A stretch of 64,000 nt of DNA from an uncultured delta proteobacterium (GTDB taxonomy: Bacteria; Myxococcota; UBA727; VGSZ01): positions 272,616 to 336,615 of the forward strand of contig CAVZJB010000009.1 of assembly GCA_963775425.1 (NCBI GenBank). Reading direction: 5' to 3'. Below the pieces are notes generated by a model. It saw only the letters and a program-made list of their open reading frames with translations, did not search any database and was not told the origin of the DNA. The stretch's first letter is position 1. Every line of letters starts with the position of its first letter. Below are positions 31,434 to 40,560 of the stretch, one piece after another. Both the position numbers and the translations under genes were made by a program.

Positions 31434-32897
31434 TCAATACGAGCACGCGTCACCTTCGGCGACGAGCAGCGTGGAGCCGCCGATGTCGGCGCTCGCGTCG
31501 AAGTGCACGGTGCAGCCGACGATGGCCGAGACGCCCGGCTCGACGGGGACGCAGCGGTCGCCGTCGAGCGTGCACACCAGCGCGTCGTTCGGCGTGCACG
31601 CCGGCACAAAGACCTCGTCGAGCGGCTGCAGGATGCGCGCGGCGACGGCGGCGAGGACGTCGCCGCGGCCGGCGAAGTCGCATATGGAGCCGGACACGCC
31701 GAAGTTGGCGTCGACCACCGACTGCACGGCGCCGTCGACGCCGGAGGGAGAGCAGTCCTCGTTGGGGCCGGCGTTGGCGAGGGCGTGGACGCGGACCGAG
31801 AGCGTGCGCCCGTCGACGACGAGCTGGTCGAGCGCCGTCTGCGCCTGCGACGGCGTGAGGTTCGGGGTCTGGTCGGGGCTGTCACCGATGTACACGATGT
31901 GCAGTTGCGCGTCGGGCCGCAGGAACTCCCCGGTGTCGGTGGGGTACGCGGGCGCCGAGAAGTAGCCCGTCATGGAGCCGAGCGGCGTCTCGGTGCCGGA
32001 GCCGGCGAAGCTGCCGGCGTCCCAGAGCTGGCTCACGGCGCAGTCGAGATCCGTGCGAGCGTCGCTGGAGGTCTCGTCGACGAAGGGGGTGTTGCACAGC
32101 CGCGGGTCGCCGAAGGGGCCGACGGCGGCGTTGTTGAAGTCGTCGGTGTCGGTGACGGCGAAGCGCAGGTCGGCGCTGCGGGCGAAGACCGCGTCGAAGT
32201 GCGCGCCGATGGTGCCGATGATGTTGCCCTTGTCCGACATGGAGCCGGAGGCGTCGAGCACGTACAGCACGTCGTGACGCGCGCTGGGCGGCACGTTGAT
32301 CAGCACCGACGACGACGTGCTCACGCTGAAGTGGACGGGGATGGCGAAGTTGCCGCCGCCGACGTTGTCGTGGACGAGGACGCTGCCGGTGACGCCGGGC
32401 GGCGCGCCGACCTCCCAGGTGACGTTGAGCGTGGCGCCGCCCCCCTGGGCCAGCGCGAGGGTGGCGGGGGACACGCCGAGCACGGCGCGTGACGTCGTCA
32501 ACGTGAGGTCGACGTCGGCGAGCGCGGTGACGGCGACGCCGACCGAGAACGTGTGGCCCGCGCACATCGCGGGCTGCGCGGCGGCGGTGATCTCGGCGAC
32601 CGTGTCGATGAGGTCGACGGGCGGCTCGCCCTCTCCCTCGCCCTCGCCCTCGCCCTCGCCCTCTCCCTCGCCCTCGCCCTCGCCCTCGCCCTCGCCCGGC
32701 TCGCCCTCTCCCTCGCCGGGCTCGCCCTCCCCCTCGGCGCGGTCGCGGCACAGGCCGCCGTGGCAGATGCCGAAGCCTACGCAGTCGCCGTCGTCGGCGC
32801 ACTCGACCTGGCCGCGCAGCAGGCGGCACCCGGCGCCGCCGGCGACCAAGCACGCCAGGAGCAGGAGCGCGACCCCGGGGAGCAGCTCGCGGGTCAC
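31434..32897 (-). CDS. lipoprotein with (GE)n linker and von Willebrand factor A (MIDAS DxSGS) domain
   Basis: VTRELLPGVALLLLACLVAGGAGC lipobox. AEGEGEPGEGEGEPGEGEGEGEGE... linker. VLYVLDASGSMSDKGN MIDAS motif. GTGA overlap with the upstream gene. Confidence 0.7.
   Translation of the reverse strand: MTRELLPGVALLLLACLVAGGAGCRLLRGQVECADDGDCVGFGICHGGLCRDRAEGEGEPGEGEGEPGEGEGEGEGEGEGEGEGEGEGEGEPPVDLIDTVAEITAAAQPAMCAGHTFSVGVAVTALADVDLTLTTSRAVLGVSPATLALAQGGGATLNVTWEVGAPPGVTGSVLVHDNVGGGNFAIPVHFSVSTSSSVLINVPPSARHDVLYVLDASGSMSDKGNIIGTIGAHFDAVFARSADLRFAVTDTDDFNNAAVGPFGDPRLCNTPFVDETSSDARTDLDCAVSQLWDAGSFAGSGTETPLGSMTGYFSAPAYPTDTGEFLRPDAQLHIVYIGDSPDQTPNLTPSQAQTALDQLVVDGRTLSVRVHALANAGPNEDCSPSGVDGAVQSVVDANFGVSGSICDFAGRGDVLAAVAARILQPLDEVFVPACTPNDALVCTLDGDRCVPVEPGVSAIVGCTVHFDASADIGGSTLLVAEGDACSY
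32619..32738. repeat. (GGCGAG)n-type repeat array (GE linker coding, minus strand)
   Basis: ctcgccctcgccctcgccctctccctcgccctcgcc... seen directly. Confidence 0.55.
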
Positions 32898-33718
32898 GAT
32901 CCCCCCAGCAGCGCGCCGGCGCCGGCGAGCGCGAGGCCGACGACGGCGGCGCCGCCCGCGACGGCGGCGGTGAAGACGACGGGCGGGCCGATGTCGAGCG
33001 CCTGGCGCTTGTCGCTCGGCGTGGCGCCGCTCCCCGCGGCGAGGCGGTCGTCGAGGACGAGGGCGAAGACGCCGGCGCCGACGGCGGCGAGGCCGGCCAC
33101 CCCGGCGAGGCCGCCGCCGCCGACGAGGAGCACGCCGGGGAGCACCGGCGCGTCGCCGCCGGCCGGCTTGGCGGGCGCGGCGCTCGAGGCCACCGACGCC
33201 GGCACCAGCGGGTGGAGCACGCGGGCGGCGAGCTCTCCCAGGCGCGGCGTGAGCGCGCCCGCCGAGGGCGCCGTGACGCTCGCGCGCTCCAGCGTCTGGC
33301 TGCCGCCGACGTCGAAGAGCCACACCTGCAAGACGCGCTCGTCGCCGAGCTTGCCGAGCGTGCCGGTGACGACGTAGTGAGCGCCGAACGCACCGGCGAT
33401 CTCGGCGAGGCAGCCGGCGTCGTTGCAGCCGGCGGCGGCCTTGTTGGCCTCGAGCGTGATGAGCGTGCGGATGTCGTTGCCGGTGGCGACCTTCGGGCGC
33501 GCCGCCGCCGGCCACCCCTTCACCGCCGTGCCCACCGCCTCGGCGAACAGCCCGTCGACGACGCGCGCCTCGTCCTCGTCGACGCCGACCGGCTTGAGGT
33601 CGAGCACGAGCAGGTCCGCCGCGCCGGCGCTCTCCGCGCCGGCGCTCTCCGCGACGACGGGCGACCCGGGGCCGGGGGCGCCGGCGGCGAGCAGGGCGGC
33701 GAAAGTGGCGGGCAGCAT
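32894..33718 (-). CDS. secreted hypothetical protein with C-terminal hydrophobic/Gly-Ala-rich anchor
   Basis: Signal peptide MLPATFAALLAAGAPG, ESAGAESAGA repeat, C-terminal GGGGLAGVAGLAAVGAGVFALVL. Translationally coupled to the VWA lipoprotein gene. Confidence 0.5.
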   Translation of the reverse strand: MLPATFAALLAAGAPGPGSPVVAESAGAESAGAADLLVLDLKPVGVDEDEARVVDGLFAEAVGTAVKGWPAAARPKVATGNDIRTLITLEANKAAAGCNDAGCLAEIAGAFGAHYVVTGTLGKLGDERVLQVWLFDVGGSQTLERASVTAPSAGALTPRLGELAARVLHPLVPASVASSAAPAKPAGGDAPVLPGVLLVGGGGLAGVAGLAAVGAGVFALVLDDRLAAGSGATPSDKRQALDIGPPVVFTAAVAGGAAVVGLALAGAGALLGGS

Positions 33719-33802
33719 CGGGGCGACCTTAGCGCGGCACCGTGGGTCTTCCTGCAACCTTGATCACAGCGGCGTGCCCGACGACGACGGCGGCGCGGCG
33801 GA

Positions 33803-34126
33803 TCACGAGCCGCGGTAGGTGGAGTAGCCGAAGGGCGACAGCAGGAGCGGCACGTGGAAGTGCTGGGCTGCGTCCTTCACCACGAACGTGATCTGGGCGT
33901 GGGGATAGAACGTGTCCTGCCCGCTCTTTGCGTAGTGCGCGCCGACATCGAACGTCAGGCGGTGCGTCCCGGCGCCGACCTCGGCGAACGTCTTCACGCG
34001 GCCGTCGTCGTCGGTGACGGCGCTCTGCCTGTCCCCGAGCGTTGCGCCGCTCTCCAGCGTGACGGCGACGCCGGCGGCGGGCTGGCCGCGCGAGATGTCG
34101 AGGACGTGGGTGGTGATGCGGGCCAT
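33803..34126 (-). CDS. hiuH: 5-hydroxyisourate hydrolase (transthyretin-like)
   Basis: MARITTHVLDISRG...C-terminal YRGS signature. 107 aa. Confidence 0.85.
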   Translation of the reverse strand: MARITTHVLDISRGQPAAGVAVTLESGATLGDRQSAVTDDDGRVKTFAEVGAGTHRLTFDVGAHYAKSGQDTFYPHAQITFVVKDAAQHFHVPLLLSPFGYSTYRGS

Positions 34127-34247
34127 GCGTCGTCTCCGGTCCGTGGTGATGGTGCCGACAAGAGTGCCTCGACGGGACGATAGCGCGCCGGCAAGCTCGA
34201 GCGGACGGTCCGGCGTCGCGCGCGTCCCCCTCGTTGGCCTCGAGGCG

Positions 34248-34930
34248 ATGCGAGGCGCGTGCGCCGCACCCTGCGTGCTCAAGCAGCGCACCGCGCTCAT
34301 CGGCGTGGCCGCCTGGTGCATCGCCGCGTGGTGCGGGTGCGACCGCCCCGCGCACGGGGGCGCCTGCAACGAGGACTCGGATTGCGCGGGCGCCTCCTGC
34401 GTCCTCGGCGCGTGCGTGGTCCCGGCCGTGGTGTGCGGAGACGGCAAGCTCGACGCGGGCGAGCAGTGCGACGACGGCGCGCGCGCAGCCGGTGACGGCT
34501 GCGACGCCCGCTGCCTGATCGAGGCGGGCTGGGACTGCGGCGGCGCGCCGAGCGTCTGCCAGCGCTGTGGCGACGGGGTGCAACAGGGCACCGAGGCGTG
34601 CGACGACGGCGGGCTCGCGCCCGGCGACGGCTGCACCGCGGCGTGCTCCGTCGAGAGCGGCTACGCCTGCGCCGGCGCGCCGAGCGCGTGCGCCCCGGTG
34701 TGCGACGACGGCACGGCGACGCCGGCGACGGCTGCGACGAGAGCTGCGCGGTCGAGACGGGCTTTGCCTGCGACGACGGCGAGCCCTCGACGTGCATGGC
34801 CGTCTGTGGCGACGGGCTCGTGCGCGGCGCCGAGGGCTGCGACGACGCCAACGCCGCCGCCGGCTGCGACGCCGGCTGCACCCCGACCGTCGGCTTCGCG
34901 TGCGACGCCTCCGAGCCGTCGGTCTGCCGG
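34248..34930 (+). CDS. secreted Cys-rich repeat protein (Myxococcus-type CGDG..GExCDDG..GDGC repeats); frameshifted, 3' end unresolved
   Basis: Signal/lipobox IAAWCGC. Repeats CGDGKLDAGEQCDDGARAAGDGCDARC and CGDGVQQGTEACDDGGLAPGDGCTAAC. The third repeat breaks frame at about 34722 (G-run ccggcg vs expected ccgggcg) and continues in another frame as GDGCDESCAVETGFACDDGEPSTC.... Confidence 0.55.
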
Positions 34931-35131
34931 ACCTTGCAACGGGCGCGACCGCCTTGCACGGCGTCGACGCGAGCGAGCTTGTGCTCACGCCGACGGGCGC
35001 AACGCGATCCCCCCTCCCCGCGGTGGTCGCCGCCGCCGGTGCGCACGAGAGCCCTCCACACCGCTGCGAAGTCGCCACAGCGACACCGCTCCCAATTCCG
35101 TTTCGACTATTCCGCTATGCGGATCACTTCT

Positions 35132-36652
35132 CTAGGCGAGCCTGGCCAACCGAAGCGCGGTGATCCTCTTCTGCTCCTCGGCCGCGTTCTTGATCTCGGC
35201 GTCGCGGTCGTTCTTCACGCGCTCCTCGAGGATGGCGAGCATCTCCGCCGCCGACTTCCCCGACGCCATCACGATGAAGATGAAGCCGTGCTTGGCGAAA
35301 TACGCGTCGTTTTGCGCGGCGAGGCGCGCCTTGACGTCGTCGACGGCGCCGCCGACGGCGCGCTGCTCGTCGTCGGACCACGCGCGGGACGCTGCCGTCG
35401 CTGCCGCGGCCGCTCCGCCGCCGATGCGCGGGTGCGCCGCGAAAGCCTCGAGCCAGTCGTCGGTGACGAGGGCGTTGAACGCGGCGCGCACCGACTCGTC
35501 CAAGGCGCTCGGCGCGAGGAACGGCCGCGCCGCCAGCATCTTCTTCGCCCACGTGCATGAGCCGCAGCAGGAGAGGAACGCCGCCTCCGCCTCGGCGGGC
35601 GGCATGGCGTTCAGGCGCTTGACGCGCAGGGCCGCGCGCTCGTCGTCGTCGACGCGGGCGAACACGCGGAAGCGCGCGACGCCGCCGTCGGGGTGGACGC
35701 GGAGGCGAACGTGCGACACCGCCGGTTGCGCGCCCGACAAGGGGAACACGTGCCGCGTGTGCGGCCGCAGTTGCGTGCGCGGGAACAGCTCGCGCCACTC
35801 GCCGTCTGCGGAGCTGCCGGCGTCGACCGCGAAGCTCTCGGGGCAGTTGCCCTTGAAGTGCGACGTGTCGACGACGAGCCGCGTGGGCGTCGACCGCGCG
35901 CCGAGCTTCACGACGGCCCAGTCGTAGCCCGCGCGGCGCGCGCGGCGGGTCTCCCACCCGTCGTGCATGCCGCCGCTGTGCCCGGGGAAGAGCAGGTTGT
36001 GGCGGGAGCCGAAGAACATGTCGCTGCAGGCGAGGACGACGCCACCGAGCTCGGCGCCGGACACCTCGAGCTCGCCGTCGAGGCCGCCGTGGAGACGGAA
36101 GTCGGGCAGGGGCTCGCCGTACACACGCAGCCGCGCGACGCCGCCGTCGGGGAAGATGCGCAGGCGCACGTGGGTGAAGCGGTACGGCGACGACACCGCG
36201 AAGTCGTTCTTGGCGTTGCCGAGGAGGGGCGAGCGCGGCAACAGCGGGAACCACTCCGCGTGCTTGGCGATCTCTTGCGCGCTCGGGTAGCCGTCCACGC
36301 TCGTGCCCTCGAGCGCGCAGTGCGACGGGAAGTTGCCGCGGAAGAACGCGGTGTCGACGACGACGCCGCGGATGACGCCCGGTGCCCCGAGCCGCACCAC
36401 GCAGAAGTCCTCGTGCCACTCACCGTCGCGCGCGCCGCTGTTCTCGCGGTGGCTGCGCCGGCTCTCCCAGCCGTCCATCCACTTGCCGCGGTCGGTGTAC
36501 GCGTCCTCGTCCCAGACGGGCTCCTTGGCCTTCACGAGGTTTTCCATGCCGGCGAAGAAGTCGTCGCTGCACACCACGGCGGCGCCGCCGAGCCGCTCGT
36601 TGGCCAGGTCGACGAGGTCCTCGAACGAAGCGATGGCGTGCGTCGTCGTCAT
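35132..36652 (-). CDS. alc: bifunctional allantoicase (two allantoicase repeats) / OHCU decarboxylase (UraD-like C-terminal domain)
   Basis: Duplicated allantoicase repeat (FFAGMENLV.., VDTAFFRGNFP / VDTSHFKGNCP). C-terminal HPRIGG...FIFIVMASGKSAAEMLAILEERVKND matches the OHCU decarboxylase signature. Confidence 0.8.
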   Translation of the reverse strand: MTTTHAIASFEDLVDLANERLGGAAVVCSDDFFAGMENLVKAKEPVWDEDAYTDRGKWMDGWESRRSHRENSGARDGEWHEDFCVVRLGAPGVIRGVVVDTAFFRGNFPSHCALEGTSVDGYPSAQEIAKHAEWFPLLPRSPLLGNAKNDFAVSSPYRFTHVRLRIFPDGGVARLRVYGEPLPDFRLHGGLDGELEVSGAELGGVVLACSDMFFGSRHNLLFPGHSGGMHDGWETRRARRAGYDWAVVKLGARSTPTRLVVDTSHFKGNCPESFAVDAGSSADGEWRELFPRTQLRPHTRHVFPLSGAQPAVSHVRLRVHPDGGVARFRVFARVDDDERAALRVKRLNAMPPAEAEAAFLSCCGSCTWAKKMLAARPFLAPSALDESVRAAFNALVTDDWLEAFAAHPRIGGGAAAAATAASRAWSDDEQRAVGGAVDDVKARLAAQNDAYFAKHGFIFIVMASGKSAAEMLAILEERVKNDRDAEIKNAAEEQKRITALRLARLA

Positions 36653-36709
36653 GGCCGGGTTGTCGGCCGCGCCGGGGGAAATGACAAGGCACTATCGCGT
36701 GCGGACGGG

Positions 36710-38164
36710 TCAACCGCGGCCGAGGATCAGCCGGCCGTCGCGCGCGGTGACGTCGTCGCCGCGGCGAAAGACCTGTTGCCCGCGCAGCCACGTGGAGCGC
36801 ACCACGCCGAACAGCTCGCGGCCGTGGTACGGCGTGAGCTTGTTCTTGTGCGCGAGCTTCTCCTGGTCGACGACGAAGGTCGCGTCGGGGTCGATGACGG
36901 CGAAGTCGGCGTCCTTGCCCTTGGCGATGCTCCCCTTGCGAGAGAGCCCCGCGAGGAGCGCGGGCTCTTCGCTCATCCAGCGCGCCACGTCGACGAGCGT
37001 CCGTCCGCGGGCGCGCGCGCCGGTCCACGTGGCGGGCAGCGTGAGCTGGAGCGAGGAGATGCCGCCCCACGCGGCGTCGAAGTCGCCGCGCTCGACCTGC
37101 TTGAGAGCGACGGTGCACGGCGAGTGGTCGCTGACCACGCTGTCGAGGACGCCGCGGGCGAGCGCGTCCCAGAGGGCGTCCTGGTTTTCGCGCTCGCGGA
37201 TGGGCGGCGTGCACTTGAACCAGGTGGCGCCGTCGTCGATCTCCTCGGCGCAAAACGACAGGTAGTGCGGGCAGGTCTCGACGGTGAGCGGCAGGCCGTC
37301 GTCGCGCGCGTCCTCCAGCAGGGCCAGGGCCTCCGACGACGAGTGATGCACGATGTGCACGGGCCCACCGCGGGCGCGACACATGCGGACCATGAGCTCG
37401 ACGGCGGCGTTCTCCGACGCCTTGGGCCGGCTCTCGAGGTGGAAGCGATAGCTCCGCCGCGACAAGGCGCCGGAGGCGAGGGCGGCCTCGAGCGCGTGCG
37501 CGGCCTCGTCGATGGGCCCCTGCAATTCGGCGTGGGCGAGCAACGGGGCGCGCGCGTCCCGCAGGATCCCGAGGGAGCGATCCAGGTCCGCCTCGGAGAC
37601 GTTCTTGAACTCGGGGACGCCCGAGTCGATGAGGAAGCACTTGAAGCCGAGCACGCCGCGCTCGACCAGCGGGACCAGGTCCTCGTGGTTCCCCGGCACC
37701 ACGCCGCCCCAGAAGCCGACGTCGACGGCGAGCTGGTTCTTGGCGGCGTCGAGCTTGTCCTCGAACGCGGCGACGCTCGTGGTGGGCGGCAGGGAATTGA
37801 GCGGCATGTCGACGAGGGTGGTGACGCCGCCGCGCGAGGCCGCTTGCGTGGCGGTGGCGAACCCCTCCCACGCCGTGCGCCCGGGCTCGTTCACGTGCAC
37901 GTGGCTGTCGACGAGGCCGGGCATCACGAGCGAATCGAGGAAGTCCACGACGTCGACGCCGACGGGCACGCGGCCGCGCTCAACGACGTCTACGATCGCG
38001 CCGCCGTCGTCGACGAGCACCGCCGCCGGCCGCACGGCGCCGCCGGTGACCACGCGCGTCGACGTGAACGCCCGCGCGATCCCCCCGGCGGGCGCGCCGC
38101 CGCGCCACGCCGAGCGACCCTCGTCGTGGCGTGGGGGCTTGTTGTCGCTCGCCCCCGTCGTCAC
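36710..38164 (-). CDS. allB: allantoinase (cyclic amidohydrolase)
   Basis: VDSHVHVNEPGRT, FKCF, HAE, DHSP metal-ligand motifs. The GTG start at 38164 overlaps the puuD stop (GTGA) and the 37-codon extension has coding-like GC3. Alternative GTG at 38053. Confidence 0.8.
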   Translation of the reverse strand: MTTGASDNKPPRHDEGRSAWRGGAPAGGIARAFTSTRVVTGGAVRPAAVLVDDGGAIVDVVERGRVPVGVDVVDFLDSLVMPGLVDSHVHVNEPGRTAWEGFATATQAASRGGVTTLVDMPLNSLPPTTSVAAFEDKLDAAKNQLAVDVGFWGGVVPGNHEDLVPLVERGVLGFKCFLIDSGVPEFKNVSEADLDRSLGILRDARAPLLAHAELQGPIDEAAHALEAALASGALSRRSYRFHLESRPKASENAAVELMVRMCRARGGPVHIVHHSSSEALALLEDARDDGLPLTVETCPHYLSFCAEEIDDGATWFKCTPPIRERENQDALWDALARGVLDSVVSDHSPCTVALKQVERGDFDAAWGGISSLQLTLPATWTGARARGRTLVDVARWMSEEPALLAGLSRKGSIAKGKDADFAVIDPDATFVVDQEKLAHKNKLTPYHGRELFGVVRSTWLRGQQVFRRGDDVTARDGRLILGRG

Positions 38165-39807
38165 GGCGCCCCCGCGGCCGCGGGGCCGAAGGCGAAGTCG
38201 GCGGTGACCTCGCCGCCGGCGGGCACCGTCACGTGCACCGTCTTCTTGCCGCCGGCGTCGCTCCACGCGGTGAGCTCGACGTCGCCGGCGGGGACGCCGT
38301 CGAGGACGAAGGCCCCGTCGTCCTTGGTGACGGCGAACCACGGGTCGTCGACGACGCCGATGTGGTTGATCATCCACGGGTGGATGTCGCAGCGCGTCTC
38401 CACCATCAGCTCGGGCGCACGGAACACCTTGGTGTCCCGCTGCCCCTGCGCGGGCTGGTTGATGCTGAAGGTGTCGTTGTTTTGCGCCACCGAGCGGATG
38501 TTGTGAAAGACCGGGTCGGTGTTCACGAAGGTGACGGGCTGTCCCACGCGCACGCCGCTCACGCGCGGCTGGTAGAGGCACCCCTTCTGCTCGACGGTGA
38601 CCTCGCCCTGCGGCGCGGGGATGGCGTACTTGTCGACGCCGCCGGTGACGGCGACGAACGCCTCCGCGAGCTTTCCGTCATGAACGACCGCGGCGGGGAT
38701 GGACAGCGGCCCGTCGTGGCCGGCCTCACAGCCGCCGTAGAGCGCCACCTCGCGTGGCGCGGGGACGTCCCCCTGCCATGTGACGCTGCCGCGGATGCGG
38801 CCGGTGGCCGTGATGGGCGTGCCCGTCTTGGCTGCGTTCACGACGGGCGCGGCGCGGTCGTGGTCCGAGGCCAGCGTGCCCGCGACGGACGCGACGATGG
38901 TGACGACGACGAGCGTGCCGAGGAAGCCGAGCATGACCGTGGCCGGCGGGTCCACCTTGTTCATCCACCACTTCACGCCGGCGCCGGCGCAGCAGACCAC
39001 GACGAGGATCACCCAGTTCCACCCGATGGTGGTGCCGGCCACGTGGGCGGCGGCGCCGTAGGTGAACGGGAAGTGGTTGGAGATCATGATGAAGATGACC
39101 GGGTAGGTCATGTAGTGGTTGTGCTTGCTGCGGCGCTTGGCCGAGTACGCCTTGGCCGCGTCGGGCTCCTTGCCCGTCTTCACGCTCTCGACGAGGTTTC
39201 GCTGCGCCGGGATGATGCGCATCCAGACGTTGGCCACCATGCACGTGCCCATCACCGCCGCGGTGTGGATGTACGCCGCGCGGCCCGACAGGAGGTGCGT
39301 GAACGCGAAGGCGATGGCCGCGAGGCCGATGACCGAGATGGCCACCGTGAGCGGCGGGTTCTGCGACGCGGCGCCGGCGAGCCGGGAGGACCACAGGAGG
39401 TCGTAGGCGACCCAAGCGACGACGAGCGTGCCCATGCAGATGGCGGTGGCCACCTGATGCGAGACCACCGGGTGAGCGGCGTCGACGAGGAGGACGCCGC
39501 CGCCGAGGTGGTAGAGCACGATGAGGAGGAAGAAGCCGGTCATCCAGGTGAACGCGGCCTCCCACTTGAACCAGTGAAGCGTCGACGGCAGCGCGCTCGG
39601 CGCCACCAGCTTCTTTTCGACCTCGTAGAAGCCGCCGGAGTGCACCATCCACAGGACTCCCTCGAGCCCCTCCCGCTTCTCCTTGGGCTTCTCCATGTGG
39701 CTGTCGAGCCAATGGAAGAAGATGGACGAGCCGATCCACATGATGCCGGCGATGAGGTGCGCCCAACGCAGGACGAGGTTCAAGCCTTCACTGACGAGCG
39801 GATTCAT
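38161..39807 (-). CDS. puuD: PuuD-like membrane urate hydroxylase N-terminal domain fused to a C-terminal cupredoxin (type-1 copper) domain
   Basis: About 300-aa polytopic membrane domain matching the urate-oxidase N-terminal family. C-terminus has a His...Cys-x2-His-x2-Met blue-copper ligand pattern (VFHNIRS...RCDIHPWM) instead of a cytochrome c. Confidence 0.7.
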   Translation of the reverse strand: MNPLVSEGLNLVLRWAHLIAGIMWIGSSIFFHWLDSHMEKPKEKREGLEGVLWMVHSGGFYEVEKKLVAPSALPSTLHWFKWEAAFTWMTGFFLLIVLYHLGGGVLLVDAAHPVVSHQVATAICMGTLVVAWVAYDLLWSSRLAGAASQNPPLTVAISVIGLAAIAFAFTHLLSGRAAYIHTAAVMGTCMVANVWMRIIPAQRNLVESVKTGKEPDAAKAYSAKRRSKHNHYMTYPVIFIMISNHFPFTYGAAAHVAGTTIGWNWVILVVVCCAGAGVKWWMNKVDPPATVMLGFLGTLVVVTIVASVAGTLASDHDRAAPVVNAAKTGTPITATGRIRGSVTWQGDVPAPREVALYGGCEAGHDGPLSIPAAVVHDGKLAEAFVAVTGGVDKYAIPAPQGEVTVEQKGCLYQPRVSGVRVGQPVTFVNTDPVFHNIRSVAQNNDTFSINQPAQGQRDTKVFRAPELMVETRCDIHPWMINHIGVVDDPWFAVTKDDGAFVLDGVPAGDVELTAWSDAGGKKTVHVTVPAGGEVTADFAFGPAAAGAP

Positions 39808-40495
39808 CGACGATCTCTTTCGCGCTGAAGGTGTTGTCTGCCCAGGTATGCACGGGCACGCGGCGCGCGTCGAGGAGCGCGGTGCGCACCGGGTGGGCGA
39901 TGGCGCCGTCGGCGCCCGCGACGCCGTAGACGTTGAAGAGCGACGCGAACGCCTCCACCACGTCGGGCGCGCCCGTGGCGAGGGTGAACCCCGCGTCGCC
40001 GGCGACCGCGAAGCGCGCCGCGTACGCGCGCAGCGCCGCCGGCGTGTCCCGCGCCGGATCGAGCGTGACGACGAGGACGCGGGCGCCGTCGCGGCGTGCC
40101 TCGGCGAGCTTCTTCATGGTGAGCGGACACATGGTCTCGACGGGGCAGTGCGTATAGACAAAGCCCACGGCGACGGGCCCGGCGACGTCACCAAGCTCGA
40201 ACGCTTGCCCGTCCTGGTCGACGAGCGGAAACGACGGCACCGGTTGTCCGGGCCGCCACGCGGCGACGTCGGCGCGCCAGGCGTCGTGGCTGCGACAGGA
40301 CGTGAGCGCGAGCGCGGCGCCGAGGAGCGCGGCGCACACCGTCGGCCACGAGGCACGTTCGTCAGGGCGCACCTGGGGGCCAATAGCGGCGATGACGGCG
40401 GGTGCCAACGGCGGGGGCGCGCGGCGCCGTGAGGTCGGAGGCAACACGAGCGCGCCCACGCTGTGACGGTAGCGCGCCCGAGCGGGCGTGGGCAT
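39788..40495 (-). CDS. SCO1/SenC-family copper chaperone (thioredoxin-like), probable lipoprotein
   Basis: YTHCPVETMCP (CxxxC) motif. LALTSC lipobox. 20-nt overlap with the puuD start. Upstream start uncertain. Confidence 0.6.
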   Translation of the reverse strand: MPTPARARYRHSVGALVLPPTSRRRAPPPLAPAVIAAIGPQVRPDERASWPTVCAALLGAALALTSCRSHDAWRADVAAWRPGQPVPSFPLVDQDGQAFELGDVAGPVAVGFVYTHCPVETMCPLTMKKLAEARRDGARVLVVTLDPARDTPAALRAYAARFAVAGDAGFTLATGAPDVVEAFASLFNVYGVAGADGAIAHPVRTALLDARRVPVHTWADNTFSAKEIVDESARQ

Positions 40496-40560
40496 TGACG
40501 GTCCGTCCGGCGGGAAGGAAACGGGCTGATGATCCTCTGCACGCCTTCCCCGGTCGGCCC

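Noticed and set aside
30383-31885. Ser/Thr/Arg-rich 168-aa N-terminal extension of the 500-aa ORF
   Set aside because: Composition is a wrong-frame artefact. A GGAGG-spaced GTG at 31381 gives a clean start.
35693-38506. 937-aa + strand ORF across allantoicase/allantoinase
   Set aside because: Antisense to two well-supported catabolic genes. No motifs.
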